Made by a program: the position numbers and the translations under genes. DNA of 64,000 nt from an uncultured Clostridia bacterium. Lineage in GTDB: Bacteria; Acidobacteriota; Aminicenantia; UBA2199. The stretch covers positions 2,671 through 66,670 of the forward strand of contig CAYNUG010000002.1 of NCBI GenBank assembly GCA_964400545.1, written 5' to 3'. The notes beneath the pieces are model-generated. The model worked only from the letters and a program-made list of their open reading frames with translations. It made no database searches and was not told where the DNA came from. Shown piece by piece: positions 28,415 through 38,524 of this stretch (the stretch's first letter is position 1; every line of letters begins with the position of its first letter).

Positions 28415-29095
28415 ATGAAAAAATTGAAATTCTCCGATTCTGATTTAAAAAGAATAGGGGAAGCAGTTAAAGAAGCAGAACAGAAAACCTCCGGTGAGAT
28501 TAAAATTGCTTTTATAAGGGAAAGTTATGATTATGCAAAGTATGAACTTTTCTTTGCAGTTGTAATTGGTTTTATTTATACAGCAATTCTTCTCATGTTC
28601 CCGGGATCGGTTGACTCTTTTATAAAGAACATGTTCTGGGGATATTTGCCGTTGTATACAATTGTGTTTTATGGGATCTCTCCTTTTTTTGTAATTACAA
28701 TGTTCTATATCCTTGCAAATCTTTCTTTTGTTGACAGAATGATTGTTCCGGAATCGGTGATGAATGCGAGGGTACATGAAAGAGCAATGAGATATTTTGC
28801 GGAATCGGGGGTTTTTAATACTCGAGACAGGACTGGAATACTTATTTTCCTTTCATTTATGGAGAGGAGAGTTGTCCTTATGGCTGACTCCGGCATTGCT
28901 TTAAAAATTCCTCAGGAGAACTGGGATGGTATTGTAGGTCATATAACCGAAGGAATTCAGAAGGGAAAGACGGTAGATTATCTTATCGATTCCATAGGAG
29001 AATGTGGGAAGCTTCTTGCCGAAGCAGATAAGTTCCCAATAAAATCGGATGACACAAATGAGCTTAGAGATGAAGTGTCAATCCTGGAGAGCTGA
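28415..29095 (+). CDS. Membrane protein of the LemA-associated TPM/DUF477-like family (two central TM helices).
   Basis: Position directly after lemA. SGEIKIAF motif. Hydrophobic segments FFAVVIGFIYTAILLMF and ISPFFVITMFYILANL. Confidence 0.5.
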   Translation: MKKLKFSDSDLKRIGEAVKEAEQKTSGEIKIAFIRESYDYAKYELFFAVVIGFIYTAILLMFPGSVDSFIKNMFWGYLPLYTIVFYGISPFFVITMFYILANLSFVDRMIVPESVMNARVHERAMRYFAESGVFNTRDRTGILIFLSFMERRVVLMADSGIALKIPQENWDGIVGHITEGIQKGKTVDYLIDSIGECGKLLAEADKFPIKSDDTNELRDEVSILES

Positions 29096-29096
29096 T

Positions 29097-29828
29097 ATGA
29101 GAAGATCGATAATAGTTCTATTAGCATTGCTTATTGCTTCATCCCTGTTTCCGATCAGCTTTCCGAAATTGAAAGGCAGAATAAATGATTATGCCGGAAT
29201 TCTGGAACCAGCGGAGGAAAATGTTCTGGAAGAGATGTTCGCGAATTTTGAAAAGAAAACTTCATCCCAGCTTGTTTTATTGACGATCAAAAGTCTTGAG
29301 GGTGAAACGATCGAGGATTATTCTATAAGATTGACCGAACAAAAAGACTGGAAAATAGGCCAGAAAGGGCTTGATAATGGTGTGATCCTGTTGATTTCAA
29401 TGAAGGAGAGGAAACTAAGAATTGAAGTAGGGTATGGTCTTGAAGGAGCTCTCACTGACCTGAAGTCGAGTTATATCATCAGAAAATTGATCGTCCCAAG
29501 TTTCAAGAAAGGAGAATACTACAAAGGTGTTCTGAGAGGAGTTACGACAATCATTGGTATTGTTTCAAAGGAATATGATATATCTCCCGAAGAACTTAAA
29601 AAATTCAAAAAGAAAAAAAATGAAAATCAAATGAGTTCTTTGATCGTATTTTTAATTATTTTCTTTGTTTTTGTTCTTCCTGCCCTTACAGGGAAAAGAG
29701 GAAAGGGGGGAAGATCAGTATTCTGGGGCGGTGGTCTTGGAGGTGGTGGATCTTCAGGAGGCGGTTTCGGGGGATTCTCCGGAGGAGGAGGAAGTTTTGG
29801 AGGCGGTGGATCTTCGGGAGGTTGGTGA
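29097..29828 (+). CDS. TPM domain-containing protein (YgcG-like) with a glycine-rich C-terminal tail.
   Basis: Start at ATG 29097 overlapping upstream stop (TGATATG). DYAGILEP...VLLTIKSL.G..IEDYS...NGVILLIS..ERKLRIEVGYGLEG is the TPM signature. TM helix then GGGSSGGGFGGFSGGGG tail. Confidence 0.8.
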   Translation: MRRSIIVLLALLIASSLFPISFPKLKGRINDYAGILEPAEENVLEEMFANFEKKTSSQLVLLTIKSLEGETIEDYSIRLTEQKDWKIGQKGLDNGVILLISMKERKLRIEVGYGLEGALTDLKSSYIIRKLIVPSFKKGEYYKGVLRGVTTIIGIVSKEYDISPEELKKFKKKKNENQMSSLIVFLIIFFVFVLPALTGKRGKGGRSVFWGGGLGGGGSSGGGFGGFSGGGGSFGGGGSSGGW

Positions 29829-30559
29829 TCGTTGAAGTGAGGGAAAACCATGAACTGAATACTAATGCCAGTTTGCTCTTTTCGTTAGTATTTTTTAGTA
29901 TTGCTTTTATCTTCTGGTTTATACCCGGACTTGAAAAAAGTATTCTCGTTTATCACAATCCGATTTATTATAATAAATTTCTTCTCAGTTCTCTGAAATT
30001 CCTTACTGATGCAGGAATACCTTTTTCACTTATTGTCTGTTCGGTTCTGGTTTATTTCAATACTGGAAAACAAGATGAAAGAGGAGAAAATATAAAGTTT
30101 TTTTTAGTTGTTGTTTTCTCTTTGTTCATTGCTGGAATAATGGGTGATATACTAAAATTGATCATCGGGCGTGAAAGGCCGGCTATTGAACTTGCCGGAT
30201 TGATAGAAAGTACTGCATCTCACAGAACCCTCTCTTTTCCTTCGGGGCATACTGCAAAGATAATGGGGCTGGTAATCCCTTTTGTCACATTGTCTTTTAT
30301 AAAGATAAAATATCTGAATGTTTATAAAGGTGTTGTCCTCCTTGCAGGTATTATAGTAGCATATTCAAGGGTCGCGCTTCAGGCTCATTTCCCGAGTGAT
30401 GTGCTGGGGGGAGTTGCAGTCGCATTTCTTTTCTTCCCCTTATCTGCTTTATTGGCTGAAAAATATAGCAAAAAGTACGGGATTCGTAAATCCAGAAACT
30501 TTGTGATTATCTTGCTTTATTTAGCTTTTTTTCTGGCATTTCTGGAAATGAGTTTGTAA
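29822..30559 (+). CDS. PAP2 family phosphatase (phosphatidic acid phosphatase type 2 / undecaprenyl-diphosphatase-like).
   Basis: KLIIGRERP, PSGH and SRVALQAHFPSD motifs (KxxxxxxRP / PSGH / SRxxxxxHxxxD). Multiple TM helices. Confidence 0.8.
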   Translation: MVIVEVRENHELNTNASLLFSLVFFSIAFIFWFIPGLEKSILVYHNPIYYNKFLLSSLKFLTDAGIPFSLIVCSVLVYFNTGKQDERGENIKFFLVVVFSLFIAGIMGDILKLIIGRERPAIELAGLIESTASHRTLSFPSGHTAKIMGLVIPFVTLSFIKIKYLNVYKGVVLLAGIIVAYSRVALQAHFPSDVLGGVAVAFLFFPLSALLAEKYSKKYGIRKSRNFVIILLYLAFFLAFLEMSL

Positions 30560-30567
30560 CATTTCAA

Positions 30568-30582
30568 GGAACCGTCCCCAAA
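30568..30582. promoter_or_regulatory. Exact 15-nt motif GGAACCGTCCCCAAA (copy 1) in a 232-bp convergent intergenic region.
   Basis: Identical 15-mer recurs at 35514-35528 upstream of deoB. Confidence 0.35.
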
Positions 30583-30791
30583 TAATGTTACAGAAATTAT
30601 TGATTTAAGATGTCGAAACTATTACTTCTGTTCCCGGGGATCAGATCTCAAATTACATGGGATCTCAGAAAAATTTCAACCTTCCTTGACGAGATGATCA
30701 ACATGTAAAATGTTGATTATTAACTGTTCCTATCAGTTTTTTAATATCTGTTTGTAACGAAAGGTTTGTTAAAATGTGATATTAATTTATT

Positions 30792-31250
30792 TTAGAGCTT
30801 TGCCCACCCATATTTTGAGGTGTACTTGATGAAGGGACCATTCAGAACCCTTACTTTTACATATTCTAAAGTTACTTCACAATTAGTAGCAAGATCTCTT
30901 GTATAGTCATTGACAGAACTTTTGTATGTGAACCATTTATGTTTAGAATAGTCGTATACAGAAATGTCATATAAACCGGCTGCAAGAGCAAAATTATTAT
31001 TAATTTGGTTTACATATCCTTCCACTTTACTCCGGGTAATTGTTCTCATTTTGTGAAATGTCCATCTTCTGAGCGAACTGTCATAGATAGAAGTTCCAAG
31101 AAAACCATATTTTAATGTCATAGTTCCCGAAGCATTACTGATAGCCTTAAATGCAGGACTTCCAACATATGAATAATCGTGTCCCGTGACCGGCATTGCC
31201 CCTATTACAATTATTAACATCAACAAAATAAAATTGCTCGTTTTTTTCAT
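30792..31250 (-). CDS. Small hypothetical secreted protein (152 aa).
   Basis: Signal peptide MKKTSNFILLMLIIVIGAMPVTG. Isolated gene with >230-bp AT-rich flanks on both sides. Confidence 0.4.
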   Translation of the reverse strand: MKKTSNFILLMLIIVIGAMPVTGHDYSYVGSPAFKAISNASGTMTLKYGFLGTSIYDSSLRRWTFHKMRTITRSKVEGYVNQINNNFALAAGLYDISVYDYSKHKWFTYKSSVNDYTRDLATNCEVTLEYVKVRVLNGPFIKYTSKYGWAKL

Positions 31251-31508
31251 TTCTCACTCTCCTATTGTTAAATAATAACACATTGTATCTCCAAATTTAA
31301 TAAATTAAAAGAAGTTAATAAATTTTTTAATTTCAATATAACATCTTCGTAAAATTCAATTATAAAAAGCTTCAAATTTTCAATATCTTTTTCACTCTAT
31401 CACAGGATGAACGGGTGCTTCCTTTACCATAGAACAAATCGGCATAACAAAGAATGAAAAAAAAGGAAATTTCTATTAAAGATGCGAAAAGGGACTTAAG
31501 CGATAGAA

Positions 31509-32681
31509 TCAATAAAGTTCAATGATCTTTTTGTAGTTTTCGGGATCGGTGTCCCCTTCGGTGTTTATCAGGATTATCTTGGAGTTTTGTCCGATACCTA
31601 TTCTCTCTTTTGCGTTTTTTAAGCTTTTGTCCTTCATCAGGGCGATTAGCCCGGCAAGCCCGGAAGCTCCCGATTCACCTGATATAATTCCTTCCGTTGC
31701 ATATTTTCTCATTGCATCTTTTGCATAAGAATCCGGAATTGATATAAAAAGGTCAGCAGAATCTCTCAATATCGGCCAGGCGACAATTGAGGGGACTCCA
31801 CAATTGAGTCCTGCCATGATGGTTTCCATCTTTCCTTTTGTCGCAGTTGCTTTCCCCTCAGTGATCGATTCCAGATAACATGATGCTTCCAGGGGTTCGA
31901 CAATGATTATCTTCGGTCTGTTCTCCCTGAATATTTCAACCAACCACGAAACTCCTGAAGCTGCAAACGCCCCTGCGCCTGCCTGGAGAAAAATCATATC
32001 GTTCTCACTTATCTTGATTTCTGAAAACAAACTTTCCATCTCACGAAAAAGAGTGGAATATCCGTTAAGGACCCAGGATGGTATATCTGTATATCCGGAA
32101 TATGCGGTATCTGCGATCTCATGCCATCTGTTCTTTTTTGCTTCTTCGGATGCTACCCTTACGCAATCGTCGTATGTTCCGTTAACTATTATGACTTTTC
32201 CGTTCTCACTCTCAATATTTTCTATTCTGGCTTTTACCGTTTCCGATGGCATGAATATTACTGAATTCTGTTTCAGCATCCTTGCTGTCCACGCTACTGC
32301 TCTTCCGTGATTACCGTCCGAAGCGGCGCAGAAAGTAAATTTCCCCAGTTTTTTCAGTTTTTCTTCATCCCCGAAGTTTTTAAAGTCAAATCCTGTCCCG
32401 TATTTTTGTTCCCAAATTTTCTTCATAACACGGAAAATGGCATAACTGGCACCAAGTGCTTTAAATGCTTTGATCCCGAATCTTTCCGATTCGTCTTTTA
32501 CATAAATATTGCCTGTTCCAAGTTCTGAAGAGACATTCTTTAATTTGACTGTGCGCGTAGGAGAGTATCCCGAAAGTGACCTGTGAAAATCCTGCATATC
32601 AATATTTTTCAGAAAAGCGAACTTATCTGTGCTCCATTCGGGCATATCCTTTCTGAAACGGTTGAAAGTGAATTTACCCAC
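31509..32681 (-). CDS. dpaL: Diaminopropionate ammonia-lyase (fold type II PLP enzyme).
   Basis: YVKDESERFGIKAFKALGASYAI matches the DpaL/YgeX PLP-lysine region (VKDESKRFGLNAFKMLGGAYAI). 390 aa. Confidence 0.8.
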   Translation of the reverse strand: MGKFTFNRFRKDMPEWSTDKFAFLKNIDMQDFHRSLSGYSPTRTVKLKNVSSELGTGNIYVKDESERFGIKAFKALGASYAIFRVMKKIWEQKYGTGFDFKNFGDEEKLKKLGKFTFCAASDGNHGRAVAWTARMLKQNSVIFMPSETVKARIENIESENGKVIIVNGTYDDCVRVASEEAKKNRWHEIADTAYSGYTDIPSWVLNGYSTLFREMESLFSEIKISENDMIFLQAGAGAFAASGVSWLVEIFRENRPKIIIVEPLEASCYLESITEGKATATKGKMETIMAGLNCGVPSIVAWPILRDSADLFISIPDSYAKDAMRKYATEGIISGESGASGLAGLIALMKDKSLKNAKERIGIGQNSKIILINTEGDTDPENYKKIIELY

Positions 32682-32695
32682 TTTATTTTCTTCCT

Positions 32696-34135
32696 TTAGG
32701 CTCCTTTCCCTGCTAATTTGAATATATAACTTGCAACAGGATTGGCAACAAGTGAAGTGATCATTCCGATTGTTCCTGCTTCCGGAGGTGAATAGCCTGT
32801 GCTATACAGATAGAGGCAGACAAACAATCCGAAAACGCCTGAAAATATTGCCCCTGCCCGGTTGACCTTTTTTGAGAAAAGTCCCCAGACAAAGGGTCCG
32901 AGAAATACGGAACCGATAGCTCCCCACGAAATGCTCAATACGGAAACAATTGTATCTATGTTCAAAGCCGCAAGGATCACGGAAAGAAGAACAAAGAATC
33001 CGTTCATAAAACGCATAAGACGTGTAAGATTTTTATCGGAAATATTCTTGTTGATAAATCCTCCGTAAAAATCTTTCGAAAACGATGAACTTGAAATCAA
33101 TACAAGAGCCGCAAGAGTCGACATAGAAGCCGACAGAATAAGGAGAAGTATTATTACCGAAAGAGATTGGGGGATGATCTTGGCAAGTAGTTCGGGCATC
33201 AGAGTATCAAAAACCGGTTTGCCAGCCTTAAATGCAAGAGGGTTGCTTGCGGGGTTGAGAAATATCCTTGTTGTTGATCCGACGAAGTAAGCTACTCCAC
33301 CGATCAATATTGCGAAGATGGTTGATGCGATCATCCCGGTTCTTACAGATCTTTTGTCTTTAATTGCATAAAATTTTTGAACGAGTTGAGGCATCGCGAA
33401 CGGGGCAACACTTGTAAGGAAAATAAGAGAAAAGAGTGGCCAGATACCCGGAGGGCCGATTGGAGAGGCAAGCTTCGGGTTAATGTTTTTCAAACTCTCA
33501 ATTATTGAATCAAGGCCGTTCCCTGTGTTTAATGTACTTATAAAAAGCACAATAACACCAACAGTCATTATGATCCCGAAAATAGTGTCGATCATTGCCA
33601 TCGATTTGTATCCTCCGAGAACAATATAAATTGCTGTAAAGAGTCCTATAAAAACAAGTCCCTGCCAATATTCTATTCCGAAATTTGCTTTGAAAAGATA
33701 TGAAAGACCCATGAAGACCGCAGCGGAGTAAGGGATCAAAAATATGAAGATTGCAAAAGAAGAGAAAAGTTTTAAAAATTTACTGTTGTATCTCTTTTCA
33801 AGGAATTCGTTCATTGTTGAGATCTTGTATTCAACAGATATTTTTTTAATTTTCCAACCCATCAGCCACCAGACTCCGAGGACTCCTATAAAAGCGTTAA
33901 AAAGAGCTATCCATAACCCTGACAAACCGAACCCCCAGCCGATCTTGCCTGCAAATCCGATGAAGAGGACAGCGGAAAAATATGCTGTCCCATAAGAAAA
34001 TGCCGACATCCAAGGTCCTACTTTCCCCCCTCCAAGGAAAAAATCAGAGAAGGATTTGGTTTTCCGAAGACCTATCACTCCGATGGTTATGATCATTAAT
34101 GCATACAATCCTAATACAATTATTTTTATTGCCAT
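32696..34135 (-). CDS. Sodium:solute symporter family (SSS) transporter.
   Basis: Thirteen-helix-like hydrophobic profile. N-terminal pattern (IGLRKTKSFSDFFLGGGKVGPW) typical of SSF transporters. 14 nt downstream of the porin gene and upstream of dpaL. Confidence 0.7.
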   Translation of the reverse strand: MAIKIIVLGLYALMIITIGVIGLRKTKSFSDFFLGGGKVGPWMSAFSYGTAYFSAVLFIGFAGKIGWGFGLSGLWIALFNAFIGVLGVWWLMGWKIKKISVEYKISTMNEFLEKRYNSKFLKLFSSFAIFIFLIPYSAAVFMGLSYLFKANFGIEYWQGLVFIGLFTAIYIVLGGYKSMAMIDTIFGIIMTVGVIVLFISTLNTGNGLDSIIESLKNINPKLASPIGPPGIWPLFSLIFLTSVAPFAMPQLVQKFYAIKDKRSVRTGMIASTIFAILIGGVAYFVGSTTRIFLNPASNPLAFKAGKPVFDTLMPELLAKIIPQSLSVIILLLILSASMSTLAALVLISSSSFSKDFYGGFINKNISDKNLTRLMRFMNGFFVLLSVILAALNIDTIVSVLSISWGAIGSVFLGPFVWGLFSKKVNRAGAIFSGVFGLFVCLYLYSTGYSPPEAGTIGMITSLVANPVASYIFKLAGKGA

Positions 34136-34147
34136 TAAATCCTCCGG

Positions 34148-35431
34148 TTATTTTTTGTACATCAGTTCAAATCTAAACCAGTTGTACGGTTTTGCATTAT
34201 CGAAATAGAAATTGCCTGGTCTGAAATGTTCCCACAGGAAATGTCCAGAAAGTGTTTTTGAGATATTAAAATTTAATTTATTGGTCAATAGAAATCCCCT
34301 GAAACGGCCTGAACCTCCCGGGAAATTCGGAGAAAGATCTTTTTCCGGAGCACTCAAAAAATTGAAGGTTGTACTCAGATATCCATTTTTAAATAATTGT
34401 GCTAAAAATGTCATATAAACAGATGAAATATTGCTCCAATTTGCAATGCCGTTCTCGTTTATGAGAGTGTATATATAAGAATTGCTCCATTTAGGCCATT
34501 TCGAGAAAGGGGGGTCCCACCCTCTGGTGATTTTATCACCCGGAGAGTTTCCGGAGAGATATACGCCCCCTATTGTTGCTTTTTTCAGAGTTTTATTTTT
34601 AATTTTACGATCAAGATGGAAATGTCCTCCGAGTGTTTTCATCTTCTCATTGTCGAAGGAACCGTTCTGAATGGCTACTTCAGTTGTAAGATTAAAATCT
34701 TTTCTTATCCTTAATACAAGTTTTGTTCCCAGAGTATCTGTTGATCTAACCCATGATCTGTTGTCATTCACATCAGTTTTTTTCTTAATAAAGTAAATGT
34801 CGATCAGATTCCTGTCAAGTTTTCCCTGATAATAGAATCCGCATCCCTTGATATCATGCTCGTTCAATCTCTGATCTTTGTCGTTTAAGACAGGAAGAAC
34901 GTCATCGGTTCTTTGAGCATTCATCTTGAGCAGAGTAAGATTTCCTCCCTTCTTGAATTTTATATCTACTCTTACTGCATCAAAGTATGCAGATCTGGAT
35001 CCGTCATAGGTGTTTCCGTCAAGTACAATAAACCCTTCTCCGAGAAAAATATTCTGTCTGCCAAGGGTCAGTGTTACAGGAATTTTGAAAATATTTCTTA
35101 TTTTTAGATAGAGATTGTCTATAAATATTTCGTGAACATTGAAATCTTTCTTGGGCTTAAAATAGGTTCTGAACTCATTAGTTATCTTGAAATAAAATTC
35201 GGTGTTTTTTGACAAGTTCCAATTCAAACCCAGGGATGTTCTGTTGCGCGTAAACGTATTGCCGTTCTCTTTTGAACTGTCAAGTGTGATTGGATTGTCC
35301 CATGAAACAAACCTGAAACGTTCCGAGAAATCTATTGTAAGATTGTTTTTCTTTTTTGCAGGCAGAGAAGAAAACAGAAGAGTTAAAAATATAAGTGATA
35401 CCAACGATGATTTGAAATATTTCAATTGCAT
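34148..35431 (-). CDS. Outer-membrane beta-barrel protein (putative porin), first gene of the porin-symporter-dpaL operon.
   Basis: Signal peptide. Alternating amphipathic beta-strand pattern. Aromatic-rich C-terminus (NWFRFELMYKK). Confidence 0.5.
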   Translation of the reverse strand: MQLKYFKSSLVSLIFLTLLFSSLPAKKKNNLTIDFSERFRFVSWDNPITLDSSKENGNTFTRNRTSLGLNWNLSKNTEFYFKITNEFRTYFKPKKDFNVHEIFIDNLYLKIRNIFKIPVTLTLGRQNIFLGEGFIVLDGNTYDGSRSAYFDAVRVDIKFKKGGNLTLLKMNAQRTDDVLPVLNDKDQRLNEHDIKGCGFYYQGKLDRNLIDIYFIKKKTDVNDNRSWVRSTDTLGTKLVLRIRKDFNLTTEVAIQNGSFDNEKMKTLGGHFHLDRKIKNKTLKKATIGGVYLSGNSPGDKITRGWDPPFSKWPKWSNSYIYTLINENGIANWSNISSVYMTFLAQLFKNGYLSTTFNFLSAPEKDLSPNFPGGSGRFRGFLLTNKLNFNISKTLSGHFLWEHFRPGNFYFDNAKPYNWFRFELMYKK

Positions 35432-35513
35432 TTTTGATTATAACTGATTAAGTAATTATCATCAATTAATAATTACTGATGGCAAAATCCGGGGAAAACT
35501 GTCAACAACTTTT

Positions 35514-35528
35514 GGAACCGTCCCCAAA
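35514..35528. promoter_or_regulatory. Exact 15-nt motif GGAACCGTCCCCAAA (copy 2), ~55 nt upstream of the deoB start in a divergent promoter region.
   Basis: Identical to 30568-30582. Confidence 0.35.
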
Positions 35529-35582
35529 AAAGGTTTCATTTTTTGACATTAGGATATGTGTGTGATAATTATTTTCTACATA

Positions 35583-36740
35583 ATGGGGAAGAGAGCAATA
35601 ATAATTGTTTTGGACAGTGTCGGTGCCGGCTATATGGAGGACGCTGCTGATTTTGGAGATGTCGGTGCTAACACCCTTGCTAATACGGCAAAGGCTGTAG
35701 GCGGAGTTTCTCTCCCCACTCTGGAAAAACTCGGGCTCGGCAATATCATTGATATAAAGGGGGTCGACCCGGTAAGTGATCCCATCGGAAAATTTGGAAA
35801 AATCAGGGAAGTATCTAAAGGAAAAGATACTATGACCGGTCACTGGGAAATGATGGGGATAATCAGCAGGGAACCCTTCCCGTTATATCCGGATGGGTTT
35901 CCCGAAGAAATAATCAGCAATTTTATTGAGCGGACAGGTGTTAAAGGAATTCTTGGGAATATTGCTGCCTCCGGGACAAAGATCATTAAGGACCTTGGAA
36001 AAGAGCATATGAGGACAGGTTTTCCAATTATTTATACTTCGGGAGATTCTGTTTTTCAGATAGCGGCACATAATGATACGATCCCACTGGACAAACTTTA
36101 TGAGCATTGTGTTCAGGCAAGGGAAATGTGTGATAAGTATAAGATCGGCAGAGTGATTGCCCGTCCTTTTATTGGTAATGAAGGATCATTCAGTCGTACT
36201 ACCGACAGGAGAGACTATCCAATGATCCCCCCGAAAGATACTATTCTTGATCTGATAGAGAAGAACGGGTTTGTCGTATCCGGGATAGGGAAAATAGAAG
36301 ATATATATGCACGGAAGGGAGTTGGCAGAGCGATCCATACAAAGAACAACAAGGATGGAATGGATGTTATAACGAAAGAAATGTCTATAACTAAAGAGGG
36401 GCTGATCTTTGCAAACCTTGTTGATTTTGATATGCTCTACGGCCACAGACGTAATCCATCCGGGTATGCTTTGGCACTGGAAAAATTTGATGAAATGTTG
36501 GGAGATTTTTTTGATCTGATGGAAGAGGATGATGTTTTAATAATAACAGCAGACCATGGTTGCGATCCGACCTTTAAAGGGACTGATCATACGAGGGAGT
36601 TTGTTCCACTGCTTGTATATGGAAGAACAATATCTCCAGGTAATCTCGGGATAAGGAAAACTTTTGCAGATATCGGCATTTCCGTGCTTCATCATTTAGG
36701 GATCGAAGGCCGGGAGTTCCCGGGTGAAAGTTTTATATAA
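35583..36740 (+). CDS. deoB: Phosphopentomutase.
   Basis: Start at internal Met MGKRAIIIVLDSVGAGY (ATG 35583). Conserved DeoB motifs (ITADHGCDPT, GKIEDIYARKGV). Confidence 0.85.
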   Translation: MGKRAIIIVLDSVGAGYMEDAADFGDVGANTLANTAKAVGGVSLPTLEKLGLGNIIDIKGVDPVSDPIGKFGKIREVSKGKDTMTGHWEMMGIISREPFPLYPDGFPEEIISNFIERTGVKGILGNIAASGTKIIKDLGKEHMRTGFPIIYTSGDSVFQIAAHNDTIPLDKLYEHCVQAREMCDKYKIGRVIARPFIGNEGSFSRTTDRRDYPMIPPKDTILDLIEKNGFVVSGIGKIEDIYARKGVGRAIHTKNNKDGMDVITKEMSITKEGLIFANLVDFDMLYGHRRNPSGYALALEKFDEMLGDFFDLMEEDDVLIITADHGCDPTFKGTDHTREFVPLLVYGRTISPGNLGIRKTFADIGISVLHHLGIEGREFPGESFI

Positions 36741-36753
36741 TCGAGGAGAAGAT

Positions 36754-37572
36754 ATGGATATATTCGAAAATATTAATGATGCGGTTGTATTCATAAGGAA
36801 AAGAACAGAATTGATCCCCGAAACAGGAATAGTGCTGGGATCCGGACTCGGTGATTTTGCAAATGGTGTTAGTGATAGTATTTCCATTCCGTATAAAGAT
36901 ATTCCCCATTTCAAAAAAGTCAGGGTTAAAGGGCATGCCGGGAATCTTGTTATCGGGAAGGTGTCAGGGAAGATAGTTGCAGTATTACAGGGCAGGTATC
37001 ATTTTTATGAAGGGCATGACATTAAAGATGTTGTGTTTCCTGTAAGAGTATTGTGTTCGCTCGGAATAAAGAATCTGATAATAACCAATGCGGCAGGAGG
37101 GATTAATGCGGCTTTTGTTCCCGGAGATCTGATGGTAATAAATGATCACATTAATTTGATGGGAGAGAACCCTTTGACTGGTGATAATGATGAGAGGCTC
37201 GGTCCCCGTTTTCCTGATATGAGCATGATATATGACAGAGTTCTCTCTGAGAAAATAATTTCAACTGCAAGAGCTATGGGCATTTCTGTAAAATCAGGAG
37301 TGTATGCAGGTCTGAGAGGTCCATCTTATGAAACTCCGGCTGAGATCCGAATGTTAAAGACAATTGGTGCTGACAGTGTGGGAATGTCGACTGTTCCGGA
37401 AGGTATTGCAGCTAAACATATGGGGATGAAAATAGCAGGAATTTCGTGTATTACAAATTTTGCGGCAGGGATCAGAGATAAACCTCTTGATCATAAAGAG
37501 GTTACTGAAACTGCAGACAGAGTTAAAGAAGATTTTATATCACTGCTTTCAAGTGTAGTTAAAACATTCTGA
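36754..37572 (+). CDS. punA: Purine nucleoside phosphorylase, PNP-I (PunA/trimeric) family.
   Basis: Start ATG 36754 with GAGGAG RBS. GHAGNLVIGKVSGKIVAVLQGRYHFYEGHD closely matches the PNP-I active-site region. 14 nt after deoB. Confidence 0.8.
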   Translation: MDIFENINDAVVFIRKRTELIPETGIVLGSGLGDFANGVSDSISIPYKDIPHFKKVRVKGHAGNLVIGKVSGKIVAVLQGRYHFYEGHDIKDVVFPVRVLCSLGIKNLIITNAAGGINAAFVPGDLMVINDHINLMGENPLTGDNDERLGPRFPDMSMIYDRVLSEKIISTARAMGISVKSGVYAGLRGPSYETPAEIRMLKTIGADSVGMSTVPEGIAAKHMGMKIAGISCITNFAAGIRDKPLDHKEVTETADRVKEDFISLLSSVVKTF

Positions 37573-37636
37573 AATATGAGTCCCTCAATATTTGAAATTT
37601 TATTTCTCTCTGATAGAATACAATTAAGGAGTTTCC

Positions 37637-38401
37637 ATGGATAAGGAAGAGGTTAAAAGAATTATTGCCAGTGTTAACAGCTTCTATTTTGAAATAAAGG
37701 ACAGGGAACTCGATCATTTTGACTATCTCGGAATTTCAAAAAATGCCACCCAGAAAGAGATCGAGGAGAAATTTCAAAGCTTTTTGCATGAGTTCCCACC
37801 GGGGAGCGATTCTGTTATTTCAGATCCTGATGTAAAAGAAAGATTTGCTTATATATTGAATAAAGGGAGAAAAGCTTATAATGTAATTGCCGATTATGGG
37901 AAAAGAGCCGAGTATGAGAAGAACGGATTCAAAGAAAAAGCGGATATTCCGGAAGAAGAGGAGCCTGCAGAGAGGGCTAAGCTTTTGTATAGAAAGGGGA
38001 AAGCTCTCTATCAAAGGCAGCAATTCCTTCCGGCTATTTCTTTGCTGGAACAGTCTGTTGCAATAGACCCGAAGTCAGATGCATATCTTTTACTTGGAAT
38101 GATCCAGACCGGTTTCCCCGAATTGAGACGGAAAGCAGAACAGAATCTTTTGAAATCTGCAGAAATAGAGCCCTGGAATGCTGAGCCTTTTGCAGCCCTC
38201 GGACTCCTGTTCTACCATGAGAGACTTCTAAATAGGGCTGAAAGCTATTTCAGGAAGGCGTTGGGTCTCGATCCTACTCATGCATTGGCGAAGAGAAGAC
38301 TGGAGGAGATCGCTGGTCCTGAAAAAAGAGATATTATGGGTGAAGTTCAGGATAAACTGAAAAAAGCACTTCCTACGATATTCGGAAAAAAGAAAAAGTA
38401 A
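37637..38401 (+). CDS. TPR repeat-containing protein, possibly with a degenerate J-like N-terminal motif.
   Basis: C-terminal TPR-like repeats (AISLLEQSVAIDPKSDAYLLLG, AESYFRKALGLDPTHALA). Confidence 0.45.
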   Translation: MDKEEVKRIIASVNSFYFEIKDRELDHFDYLGISKNATQKEIEEKFQSFLHEFPPGSDSVISDPDVKERFAYILNKGRKAYNVIADYGKRAEYEKNGFKEKADIPEEEEPAERAKLLYRKGKALYQRQQFLPAISLLEQSVAIDPKSDAYLLLGMIQTGFPELRRKAEQNLLKSAEIEPWNAEPFAALGLLFYHERLLNRAESYFRKALGLDPTHALAKRRLEEIAGPEKRDIMGEVQDKLKKALPTIFGKKKK

Positions 38402-38524
38402 TCCTCCTACTTCCCCGTTCACCATGTTTGTGGTATAATTCTATCTACCAAATTAAGTTAATCAATTATTGGGGAAATCTAAAAGATATCTGAACAATGG
38501 TAAGATTTATAGTATAGGAAAAAT

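Noticed and set aside
29627-29851. Proline-rich 74-aa ORF on the minus strand.
   Set aside because: It is the antisense reading of the glycine-rich (GGN-codon) tail of the TPM protein and is an artefact of the repeat composition.
35514-35528. Reading GGAACC...GTC as an ECF sigma -35/-10 promoter.
   Set aside because: The GGAAC and CGTC elements are contiguous rather than separated by the ~16-nt spacer required for ECF promoters. It is kept only as an unexplained repeated motif.
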